From the NCBI GenBank assembly GCA_964016885.1, contig OZ024740.1, forward strand, positions 44,144,001 to 44,208,000: a stretch of 64,000 nucleotides of DNA, in the 5' to 3' direction. Every line of letters starts with the position of its first letter. Positions within the stretch are counted from its first letter, which is position 1. Positions 10,799-21,967 of this stretch are shown piece by piece. The notes below the pieces were generated by a model. That model did not search any database. It was given only the letters and a program-made list of their open reading frames with translations, and was not told where the DNA came from. A program made the position numbers and the translations under genes. Source of the stretch: Eledone cirrhosa. Its lineage: Eukaryota.

Positions 10799-12454
10799 AA
10801 AGCGGGGAAAACCAACAACCCAATCTAGCAACATTGTCATCAATGGCCTAACTGTTTCGCCGATATCTGATGAGGACTGCTACCTGGGGATAGAAGAGAA
10901 TATATCCTATAATGGTATCTGTAATAAAGAACGCGTAACCAGGGAATACTACACCCGATTAAGAAAGATCTAGTCATCGGAACTCTCTGCGCAAAACAAA
11001 ACAGTGTCTCACAGTGTGTTTGCTGTACCTGTCCTAACACCAACGTTTGGAATACTCAATTGGACGATAGACGAAATCCAAGCAGTTGATGTTGGAACTC
11101 GAAAAATACTGAACAATACCGGAAAGTTCCACATCAACAGTGACATAGACCGCCTTTACTTGAAACGTAAGCAAGGAGGCGGAGACCTAACATCAGTCCA
11201 GACAACATTTGAATGTCGCATCATATCTCTCCGACAACATCTACGAATCTCGAAGCGTAGGAGCCCGCTTCTCGAGCAAGTCTATCTGCAGGAAACAGAT
11301 AAGGTCATGAGAGTTGGGAAGGAACTCCTTTGGAGATATTCCCTGTGTGATAATCAAAAACTCACACCCAGGGATGTCGCTCAGCAGTATCGCAGTGAAG
11401 CCATGGATGAAAAACTGCATGCCTATCAACAAAAAATCATGCATGGATATGTTGCCAGGTAGCTCCAGAGTGAGCGTAATATAGATAAGGAAAGTAGTCT
11501 ATCTTGGACCAACAACCGCTATATTGGCTCTCACTTTGAAGGATACGCTTTTGCAATCCAGGAACAGGAGATTAGCACAAAATACCTGATTCACAAAAGA
11601 GATAGAGATGCAGGCAAAACACCTAGATGTGATAACAAGTGCAGACTCTGCAGAACTAACATCGAGGATGTCACGCATGTCATCAGCAGCTGTCCAAAGA
11701 TGTCATCGCGGTACTATCTACCTATGAGGCATGATGTAGTGGCCAAAACACTGTACAATGCAGTTCGTAAAAAAGATAGCCCGATAATAAACACATTAAA
11801 AGTTACAACAATGTGGAAGACATCCATGTACATATGAAAGAGTACTGGTGGAATGTTCCAGTAAAAGCCTCAATAAAATGCAGGCATAACAGACCAGATA
11901 TTATGATATGGGACAGGGAGAAGAAAACATGCACAGTAGTGGAAATTAGCTGCCCAACAGATGCCAATAAAATATCAAAGATTAGTGAAAAGGAGAATAT
12001 TTATGCAGAACTGATGAGAAATCTGCAGATTCTCCACCCTGATTACACCTTCAGATTTATCCCTGTGATTATTGGGGCACTGGGATATGTTAGTAACTGC
12101 CTCAATACAAATCTTGAGAAGCAAGCTAGGCTTCACAGGAACAGAAAGAACATAACTAGTTACAAGTACAATCCATTAATGGAACAGTAAAAATATGTAA
12201 AACATTCCAAAAATGTTGCATCTAATAACTGCATATACACATGTACAGATACAAAGCATATACACATGCACACATACAACTCAAAACATACACATCCACA
12301 CATACAATAACATCCATATCTACACATGCATGCATACATACATATCTACCTAGTTAATGTTGTGTAAATTCCAATGAGAGAGTCTTGTCTCTATGTTAGA
12401 AACCGACTCTCTCTCTCTATTGGTAAAACTTTGTGAAATTATAAAACCAGAAGA
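10799..12454 (+). mobile_element. 5'-truncated R4/Dong-like non-LTR retrotransposon, subfamily 2
   Basis: DIDRLYLKRKQGG, CRLC..EDVTHVISSC, MRHD, HNRPDIMIWD..VVEISCP; 3' UTR differs from the upstream copy; flanked by (TACA)n. Confidence 0.9.
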
Positions 12455-12675
12455 ACATACATACATACATGGTGGCTGCCAACTCGTTAAGATGCCATGA
12501 GTAGATGCAAGGATGGTTTACATACATATTCTTAGTATAGATCCGCAGATACATGTACAGATTTATATTCAAATATACATAAGCATACACATATTCACAG
12601 TATACATGCATACGTACATACATACATACATACATACATACATACATACATACATACATACATACATACATACAT

Positions 12676-12714
12676 TGGTCAAAAAAATATACTCGAAATT
12701 AAGAGAAAGAGAAA
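12676..12714 (+). mobile_element. ~40-bp extreme 3' end of the subfamily-1 Dong-like element
   Basis: GGTCAAAAAAATATACTCGAAATTAAGAGAAAGAGA nearly identical to ~10718-10752; inside (TACA)n. Confidence 0.85.
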
Positions 12715-12755
12715 ACATACATACATACATACATACATACATACATACATACATA

Positions 12756-13340
12756 GTGGCTGCCAACTCGTTTTCGAGTACGGCCACTACTTTATATGCA
12801 TGTAGGAGAACCCCTACCGATGCGCTGAACAAGTGTGACTTTTTAGTCCAGCCAGCGACTTGAAAACTCTGGTACAAACACTACACTTGGGACAATTATT
12901 GACACATAGTGCTGGGCCCATGGTACCATGTGACGACAAGTGCAGAGAGATCTCCAGATATAAAGCAATGCCTGTGCCGTGAAGCTTTTATAGTGAGCAA
13001 AGGCACTGCACAAAGCCAGTCCCACTCTCTTAACCAAGATGATATTTACCAAAAAGAAGAACAAGTCAACATCATTGGATACCATCAGGGTTACAGGTGT
13101 TATATCAGAGTTTTCCTTCTCCTAGAATTCTGCCTTGACAAAGGCTAAGGGGTCATCTCTCCCGGTGATTTTGGATGGCCATTGACTCTTAAGAGCTCCT
13201 TTGCCCTTTAACAGGTTTTGTTTTTAGTCCTGCAGGATGTCCAAAGTCAACCTCCTCACCAAGAAACCTTGGTGGGGTTGCCAGTTTAGTCGCCAACGAC
13301 CCGACCATGAGACAGGTTGTACTGGGATACATGTTACCAG

Positions 13341-13341
<1 letters not shown>
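12756..13341 (-). mobile_element. RTE-derived bipartite non-autonomous retroelement, copy A
   Basis: Near-identical to 13411-14032; minus strand carries the RTE 5'-UTR-like CTAGGAGAAGGAAAACTCTGA motif, an RTE-like 3' end and a (TGTA)n tail. Confidence 0.7.
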
Positions 13342-13371
<30 letters not shown>

Positions 13372-13410
13372 CATACATACATACATACATACATACATAC
13401 ATACATACAT

Positions 13411-14032
13411 GGTGGCTGCCAACTCGTTTTCGAGTACGGCCACTACTTTACATCCATGTAGGATAACCCCTACCGAAGCGCTGAACGAGTGTGACTTTTT
13501 AGTCCAGCCAGCGACTTGAAACCTCTGGTACAAACACTACACCTGTGACAATCATTGACACATAGTGCTAAGCCCATGGTAGGACAATTATTGACACATA
13601 GTGCTGGGCCCATGTGAGGACAAGTGCAGAGAGATCTCCAGATATAAAGCAATGCCTGTGCCGTGAAGCTTTTATAGTGAGCAAAGGCACTGCACAAAGC
13701 CAGTCCCACTCTCTTAACCAAGATGCTATTTACCAAAAAGAAGAACAAGTCAACATCATTGGATACCATCAGGGTTGCAGGTGTTATATCAGAGTTTTCC
13801 TTCTCCTAGAATTCTGCCTTGACTAAGGCTAAAGGGGTCATCTCTCCCGGTGATTTTGGATGGCCATTGACTCTTAAGAGCTCCTTTGCCCTTTGACAGG
13901 TTTTGTTTTTAGTCCTGCAGGATGTCCAAAGTCACCCTCCTCACCAAGAAACCTTGGTGGGGTTGCCAGTTTAGTCGCCAACGACCCGACCATGAGACAG
14001 GTTGTACTGGGATACATGTTACCAGTAGCACC
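13411..14032 (-). mobile_element. RTE-derived bipartite non-autonomous retroelement, copy B
   Basis: Minus ORF 13470-13769 ends CSVCTRGFKSLAGLKSH, resembling the C2H2 finger at RTE ORF C-termini; same 5' motif; (TGTA)n tail. Confidence 0.72.
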
Positions 14033-14080
14033 TACATACATACATACATACATACATACATACATACATACATACATACA

Positions 14081-14353
14081 GTCTGTCTTAAGCCATAAGG
14101 CTTATTTGGCCGGTGCTTATCCCGGTTTCATGGCGTGAAGCGACTGAGAGTACAAGACTCCCCCCTGGACAGGACGCCACTCCATCGCAGGGTTAAACCT
14201 CCAGCTAATGCTGGTACTCATTTCCTGCTGAGTATACTGGAGCAACGTGAAATGAAGTGTTTTGCTCAAGAACACAACACGCAACCCAGGAATCGAGCCC
14301 ACGACATTATGATCGTAAGTCCAACACTCTTACAACTAGGCCACGTGCCTCCA
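14081..14353 (-). mobile_element. tRNA-derived SINE, family B
   Basis: Minus strand TGGAGGCACGTGGCCTAGTTG (A box)...GGCTCGATTCC (B box)...TTGAGCAAAACACTT..CTCCAGT..AACCCTGCGATGGAGTGGCGTCCTGTCCAGGGG. Confidence 0.85.
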
Positions 14354-14924
14354 CCATACATACATATTCAAGGTGTATATACATGCATATTCAAATTCAG
14401 ATACATATTCATATTATACAGACACATGTACATATTATGCAGATACATAAGATACATATACATATTCATAGTACACTTCAGTCTCTTTGAACCCATTTCA
14501 ATTATAGTTCGTATTGTATCATAATAAAGATAATTAGTATGTGTCTGAAACAACTGTTAAGCATTGAAATAAAATATTCACCGTGGTCTTGTAACTGTGA
14601 CATATCTTTTCTTTGTTCCCGTTTCAGCACGATATAATTCTCACATCTAAGATGATAATCAATAATAAATGTCTTTACAATTCCTACAAACACTTAATCG
14701 TCTGTGTTGTTTAGATTTCATCATAAGATGAGCATTTAGTTTTATAATTGAATATTAACCGTTACGTTAGCCCTTAAATCATGTTTTACGGCTAAAAATT
14801 TAAATCTCAGATTTATTCATATAAAACTATTCTGTATTAGATAACAATGGTTTTAATGTAAGCGCATGACTCGCAATTGTTTTCTATGATGAATGGGTTG
14901 AATGGAAGAAGTCTATTTATCGAC

Positions 14925-15062
14925 CGAGTACTTGATTGGAGCATTATTTTACCGACCACAGATGAAAGGCAATGTTGGCCTTAGTTGGATTTGAACTCCG
15001 AATATAAAAAGCCGAAAATAGATGTGGCATTACGTCCGACGCTTTAACTATTCGGCCAATCC
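14925..15062 (-). mobile_element. Diverged SINE, family A
   Basis: GATGAAAGGCAA.GTTGGCCT...GGATTTGAACTC core on + strand. Confidence 0.6.
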
Positions 15063-16327
15063 TATGATTTTGAAGCAGAAATGCTCGATTGAAGCCATTT
15101 TAAACCAAGTCGGAAACTTAGTTATTTTTTAAGCCAGAATATTAAAAATCTTCAATAAAACTTTAATGCGTGTCTATCTTTTTAACCGAGTATTTACAGT
15201 TGATCAAAAGTCAAATGTAGAACAATCAGTGAAACATATTTAACTGACCACATTGTTTAGAGAATTGGTTCCTTACTCAAGAAAATAATTAACAGATTAT
15301 CAAGAATTATCCAGTCTATTTTCTTTTGAATTCAAACATTTATAGAATTTGAATTACGCTTTGAATTACGTTCAAATAAAACCCGCACTACTCTATAAAA
15401 CACATTTTAAGATTTTTTCGTCAAACTTGATAATCTTCAGAGATTTAATAATAAAACATTTTAAATTCTTAACGTATGATAACTAGACATTTCAATTCAT
15501 AGTTACTATCGATTTTGTATCGATTAGTGTTCTAAAATTGAAGAAGATAATATTTTTAAAAAGATGTTTGCAATATTTTTGTTTTTCTTTAATGTAAGTA
15601 ATATTTGTGCATCATATTTAGGATTTAAGCTTTTCTCACTTAGAAACATGATTTATAATAACAAATATATATTGTATTAAAATTTATTTCCCATAATCTA
15701 AGAATATAATTTTTTACAGAAGATTATATAAATACTATTCTATCTTTTAGATTATGCTTGGCGATAATTATATTTTTATTTACTTTACAAAAATATTTCA
15801 ACGTCGTAATTTTTATCAGAAAATAGCATCAATCAAAAGGATTAAACCTGTAGCAGAACAAATCATGTAGCAGATAGATGTTGATCAACGATATATAATT
15901 TTAATTATTGTGGCATTGAAACCATTATAGTTTATCTATAGCTCGGAGAAAATCAAAGATATATCATAGATCAATATAGCTGTGTTGCGTGATCGTAAAC
16001 TAAATCTGCGCCATTTATTTTCCCAGATAAATTAAGATTCTAACATATCTAATCAGTAATGCTAATCTTTCCTAGGAAAAAGCATTCAAGTAGTAGCAAC
16101 CTAGTTAGATAAATATCAAAAAGTGCATCTATAATGAATATTATTCATTCGCTTTCTAGTATAACGATTTCTCGACATTGCTGTATTCGCTTAATTTTAG
16201 ATATTGTTTCAATAACTATAATTTGTTTTATATAATCGATGATTAGCTCTTGAATTAGTAATATATGGACTGTGTAAAATATACATGGTATAAAGACAAT
16301 GACCTATGTATGTGTGTATATATATAT

Positions 16328-16861
16328 GTCGGGTCACTCTTGAGTGCTACTGGTAACATGTAACCAAGTACAACCTGTCGCATGGTCGGGTCGTCGGCGA
16401 CTAAACCGGCAACCCCACCAAGTTTATTTGGTGAGGAGGGTGATTTTGGACACCCTGCAGGACAAAAAACAAAACCTGACAAAGGGCGGAAGAACTCATA
16501 AGAGTCAACGGCCATGCAAAAGTGTGTAAATATGTATATAGACATGTACCGCGCGGTTAAACCACTGGGAGTCAAGGACCCCCTAGCCTTTGTCAGGACA
16601 TTCTTCTAGGAGAAGGCAACTCAGGAAACTGGGATAACTCCGATATAAAATCTGCGGCTCAGTAGTTACCGATGATGTTGATCTTTTCTTCTTTTCGGGT
16701 TATAGCTACTGTCACTCAGAGAGTGGGATTGGCTCAGTGCACAGTCTTTTCTCATTTTAAAATATATCTTCACACACAGGCATTGCACGTTAGAATTAAT
16801 TAATAATTATTAATAATGGTATATATATCGTGCAATGGCCATACTCGATAACGAGGAGGCA

Positions 16862-16868
<7 letters not shown>
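16328..16868 (+). mobile_element. RTE-derived bipartite element, divergent copy C
   Basis: GTGCTACTGGTAACATGTA...GGCGACTAAACCGGCAACCCCACCAAG and TCTAGGAGAAGG homologous to copies A and B; 3' end ATACTCGA.AACGAG..GGCAGCCA followed by (TA)n. Confidence 0.72.
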
Positions 16869-16914
<46 letters not shown>

Positions 16915-16915
<1 letters not shown>

Positions 16916-17717
16916 TAGCAGTGGTACCCGGCGTTGCACGGGATAAGGTATTTTGAAACGCGCGCCGCCAACAGACCTAATCGTGGAAAACTGCATGCCT
17001 GGACAATATGTAAGGAAAATAAACCAAATACTCTAATGGCTGGATAATCTTTAAGATTTTCCTCGATGAAGCAGGAAAAATTCAGGTTTTCACCTAATGC
17101 GGGCTCTAGGGGATCAACAAAATGATTTTTTTTATGTGCATAATATGCCTTGAAATTTCGGGAAAATCGGCTAGAAAAAAAAATATTTTTCATTTCTTTT
17201 CATTTTTCCAGCCTAGAAAAATGAAAAAAATTTTTTTCATTAGGCTAGGCTAGGCTAGGCTAGGCAAGGCTAGGCTAGGCTAGGCAAGGCTAGGCTAGGC
17301 TAGGCTAGGCTAGGCAATGCTAGGCTAGGCTAGGCAAGGCTAGGCTAGGTTTAGGCTAGGCTAGGTTTAGGCAAGGCTAGGCTAGGTTTAGGCTAGGCTA
17401 GGATAGGCTAGGCTAGGCTAGACTAGGTTTAGACTAGGCTAGGCTAGAGTAGCGATTAAAACAAAAATTTTTCATTTTTTTCAATTTTCCTGCCTTGAAA
17501 AATGAAAAAACTTTTTTTCATTTTTTTATCATTTTTCCAGCCTCAAAAAAAATTGAAAAAGTTTTTTACGTTAGGCTAGGCTAGGCTAGGTTATGCTAGT
17601 CTAGGCTAGCCTAGGCTAGATTTAGGCTAGGCTAGGCTAGACTAGGCTAGGTCTAGGCTAGGCTAGGCTAAGCTAGGTTTAGGCTAGGCTAAGCTAGGTT
17701 TAGGCTAGGCTAGGCTA
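16915..17717 (-). mobile_element. Helitron 3' end with internal (GGCTA)n/TTTAGGC satellite
   Basis: Minus strand ATCCCGTGCAACGCCGGGTAC hairpin then CACTGCTAG|T terminus at 16915; satellite blocks 17241-17448 and 17571-17717; repeated TTTTCCAGCC..AAAAATGAAAAAA subunits. Confidence 0.75.
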
Positions 17718-18428
17718 CGAAGTGGCTGAAACACCATAATTACAAGGTAGAGGCTAGCCTACTGTGCAAGATCTGTGAAGAGAGAGAGGAGACTGTGGCT
17801 CACATTGTATCCGAGTGTAAACACCTAGCCTAGACTCACTATAAAGGCTGGAGACATGATGTGATGGGCAGGGTGATCCACTGGCACCTATGCAAATTAA
17901 ACAATTTACCACATTCTGAGAAGTGGTATGAGCATAATTCAGAGTCGGTGATAGAAAACGATCAGGTGAAGGTGCTGTTGGATTTTAGGATACAGACGGA
18001 CAAGAAACTGGAACACAATAGACCTGACCTGGTGGTTTTGGACAAGGAAAAAAGATCGTGCCTGATTGTGGCCTGCCCATTCGACACGAGAGTGCAAGAG
18101 AAGGATAGGGAGAAAATTAACCGATACCAGGACTTAAAGTGGGAGGTAAAAAGGATTTGGAACTGCCATGAAGTCAAAGTGGTCCCGATAGTCATAGGCG
18201 CTCTAGGTACTATCTCAAAAAGTTTCCAGGGATGGTTAAAGAAAATTGGCCTCGCTCCGCTTTTTGGAACACTTTAAAAGGCATGCTTGCTGGGAACAGC
18301 AAGAACACTCCAATACGTCCTGAATATCTGAGGCTGCAGGTAGTCGCTTGATATTCATTTCAACAAACTTTCCAGTTAAATAACATCAATGACTGAGACT
18401 CAAAGAACAATAATAATAATAATAATAA
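17718..18428 (+). mobile_element. R4/Dong-like LINE 3' fragment with (TAA)n tail
   Basis: CKICEEREETVAHIVSEC, WRHD, HNRPDLVVLDKEK..ACPFD, VVPIVIGALG; 3' UTR ending GACTGAGACTCAAAGAA then (TAA)n. Confidence 0.9.
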
Positions 18429-18429
18429 A

Positions 18430-19202
18430 AAGATGAGACCTTAAAAAGGCTACAGAAGGAATGCTAATGGCTGCGCAAGAGCAGGCCCTCAGAAGGAAGA
18501 GGGTGAAACACCATATTTACAAGGACGAGGCTAGCCCACTGTGTGTGTAGAGAGAGAGGAGACTGGCTCACATTGTATCAGAGTGTAAATACCTAGGCCA
18601 GACTCACTATAAAGGCTGGAGACATAATGTGATCGGCAGAGTAATCCACTGGCACCTATGCAAAGTAAATAATTTACCACATTCTGAGAAGTGGCATGAG
18701 CATAAGCCAGAGTCGGTGATAGAAAAAGTTCAGGTTCTATGGGATTTTAGGATACAGACGGACAAGAAACTGGAACACAATAGACCTGACCTGGTGGTTT
18801 TGGACAAGGAAAAAAGATCGTGCCTGATTGTGGATGTAGCCTGCCCATTTGACCCGAGAGTGAAAGAAAAGGAGAGGGAGAAAATAACCGATATCACGAC
18901 TTAAAGTGGGAGTTAAAAAGGATTTGGAACTGCCATGAAGTCAGAGTCGTCCCGATTGTCATAGGCGCACTAGGTACTATCTCCAAGAGTTTCCAAGGAT
19001 GGTTAAAGAAGATTAATCCAGCCCCGCCTTTTGGAACACTTCAAAAGGCATTTTTTGCTGGGAACAGCAAGAACCCTCCGATACGTCCTAAATATCTGAG
19101 GTGCAGGTACAGGCTTGATATTCATTTCAACAAACTTTCCAGTTAAATAACATCAATGACTGAGACTCAAAGAATAACAATAATAATAATAATAATAATA
19201 AT
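18430..19202 (+). mobile_element. Second tandem R4/Dong-like LINE 3' fragment with (TAA)n tail
   Basis: Same family as 17718-18428 with a different 5' truncation point; begins right after the (TAA)n tail of the first. Confidence 0.9.
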
Positions 19203-20849
19203 GGGAAATGAAGTAAGGTTGCTATGGGACATACAACCGTAAGGAAAATACAGCTCAACAAGCCGGCTATTGTGACCATAGATAGGACAAAAGTTACCCT
19301 CTTGATTTAGCATGTTCATTTGACACAAGAGCAAAAATAAAAAAAGTAACAAAGGTTAAAGAAGTAAAATATGAACTTCTTAATTGCTTGAGCAAAGTTA
19401 TGAAACGGTCATAATTTTGTCATTGGAAATTTGGAAAATGTGACGGAGAATTGGAAAGATAGATCTTAATTTGGGAATATTGCGCAATATACATCTTTTC
19501 TTTATCTGGATCATGATAATGTAAAAGAAACGAGTTTACATTTTTAAATGTATCGTGAATGTACAAGGAGATAAGTGTTTGATTACGTCTGGTTTGGTGA
19601 TGGCAAGAAAAGATGGGGAATGGTCGGGATTGTGTCCTTTGCTGTGAACCTACGGCCTCACCAAATCGATTAGATAATCAATTGAAAATATCGCACACAC
19701 TTATGCGTGAAAACGCGTGTCTGAGAAATGAGTGTGTTTGGTTCAGTGCACTCAGCTGTTAAAATAAGTTGTACCAGTATTTCAAATAAACACCCTTTGC
19801 ACGGTCTGTCACGTAGAATCTTGCTAAGAACTGCACTCGTCTGCAGAATGCTTAGTCACTTGCACTTCAATTTTACGGGTATATTTCTCGGTTATTTAAA
19901 CAACAGGAACACACGGCTGGTGGGAAATGATGTAGGGCCCATAACAACAAAACACCATGATGTTTCCAATGAAAAGTAGAACATTGCAACGTTGGAGGTG
20001 ATTTCATAATAGTACATGCCTCCAATAAATACTAACAGTGTATGTTTGAGCACTTTTTAGTTTTCATTACGCTGTAGTAATTCAATCATTGAATTGTGTC
20101 TATCAAAGCAATTGTGTTACTTGTATGCGAAAATCATAGAAAACCTAAAAATGTACAAAAAAAAAAAAATAAATAAAAGAAACACTATAATTAAATAGAA
20201 TTAAATAAATGTATTTTCCTGTAAACGATAGAGTTTTTCGACAAGAAGACTCTTCAATATATAATTCTAGTAATATTACAAAAAAATTTCATTAATACTC
20301 CTACAAAAAAAGGGGAAAAAGAAACGGTGTGGGAGAAATGAGGAATGCGAACACTTGAGGCTGGACAGCAGCTTATCTCAGCTGCATCTCGCAGACAAGA
20401 TGGCTAAAGTGTCACCATGGAAAACAACCAACGATAGTCGTTGTGTCAGCCATTCCACCACGCGGAACTCATTTCTCATAATCGATACACTCATCTCAAT
20501 TTGGCAGAGGAAAATAGCCGTCCACAGACCCAAACCATTCTAGATAGAATTTTGAAACATAAACAATTCTGTAGATGAAGGATAACAGCTAATAGAACTA
20601 GAAACAAAATACCCTGTGAAGTTTAGTTACGTTCCTTTACATCATAAGTTCTAAGCCTAAGAACAAGAACAAAAAGGTCATTATATTCTCTCTCCTCTTC
20701 ATCAATATCTTAGAAGAAAAAGATGGTGACGCATATGCTGAGTTGGTTAAGACATGTTGGCCTGATGTAGCTGGCTACCTGCTTTCATCATATGGTGTTG
20801 GACAGATATAAATATATAAAAAGTACATGATAAAATGACAAGTCAATCA

Positions 20850-21120
20850 ATCACATTGATGGCCTCCCCACCGCCCTGGAGGACACAATGGGGAAGGTGT
20901 TTCCTTGGAGGACGGCAAGGGAGACGCGCTGGGAGAGCCATTCCAACTCGCGAGGCTCACACTTGCGGCTGGCCAGCTCAGCGCCTATGGTGGTGAGTAG
21001 AGAGGTATCCCTAAGGCAGAGGACACCAGAAGTCTCCACTGCCCAGAGTACGACCGCAAACCTGTCGGAGAGCGACCGATATTAGGAGAGTTTGGCCTCT
21101 TCAGCCTGATGTGCAGCAGA
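20850..21120 (-). pseudogene. CRE-like non-LTR retrotransposon RLE C-terminal fragment
   Basis: AAHQAEEAK...AVETSGVL...WLSQRVSLAVLQGN resembles the CRE-type QRLSxAxQRGNA terminal motif. Confidence 0.65.
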
Positions 21121-21857
21121 GTCGAAACGTTATCCCTCTAAATTACTAACATTCGCATCAGTCTGAGACACACGCCCCTCTTCCATGTTATCACATCCCT
21201 ATTACCAAAGCTACAAATTTTAAAAATTCTTTCTGACAAGTCATATCAGAACTAACGTAGGAACCGTTCATACTACCACTCATCCCTTTATTAGCAGCAT
21301 CCTTTGTCGCCCTGAAGTACCTTCTAACATACGTACATCACTGACAAATAAATTCAATCGGTTTCTCAAGTTCAGCCAATGCCATCACCGTTATAACATG
21401 TCTCATGAGTGCCTCTTCATGGCAACAACAATAATTCTACTGCATCACAGTTTCTTTCCCACAAGCTCTCTGGTATTGTAAATCAACTAAATAGTGGGGG
21501 GATGCTATCATTAAACTGACAATACTTGAGAGAAAATATGCTTCACTTTTAAACCATCCAAAACATCTAATCGATACAATTACCCTTGGTATGTCTCTCC
21601 TTATACATCACATAACACTCAAAGCCAACAATCTCATCATACAAGTCATTCACAAACAGCTATTTCATAGCTACACAGTGAAATAAAACATTTTTGTATT
21701 ATTTGTTAAAACAGAAAGAAGTCGTATTTTTGATATACATTATTTATAAATGAAGTGTAGGTATAATAATAAAAAATAAACATATTGTATATATTACATA
21801 TTATATTATATTATGAATATACTATAATATATATATATAAATGTAAGTATGCACACG

Positions 21858-21922
<65 letters not shown>

Positions 21923-21967
21923 ACACACACACATATATACATATGTACGTATGGGTTATATTGAACA

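Larger units (their letters stand above)
9310..14079. repeat. (TACA)n microsatellite array split by multiple insertions
   Basis: TACA runs at 9310-9396, 10755-10798, 12455-12470, ~12610-12675, ~12715-12755, 13342-13410 and 14033-14079. Confidence 0.9.

Noticed and set aside
9058-14138. ORFs with YIHT/MYVC repeats, and similar IYIY, LSLS, CVCV and poly-K/F/L ORFs elsewhere
   Set aside because: Translations of stop-free microsatellites, not genes
17241-17717. True telomere or interstitial telomeric array
   Set aside because: Dominant unit is GGCTA rather than TTAGGG, and it lies inside a Helitron-like element
19890-20165. Possible host exon on the minus strand after a polypyrimidine-TTTAG acceptor near 20145
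   Set aside because: All three frames stop within about 14 codons of the acceptor and there is no recognisable protein; an untranslated exon cannot be excluded
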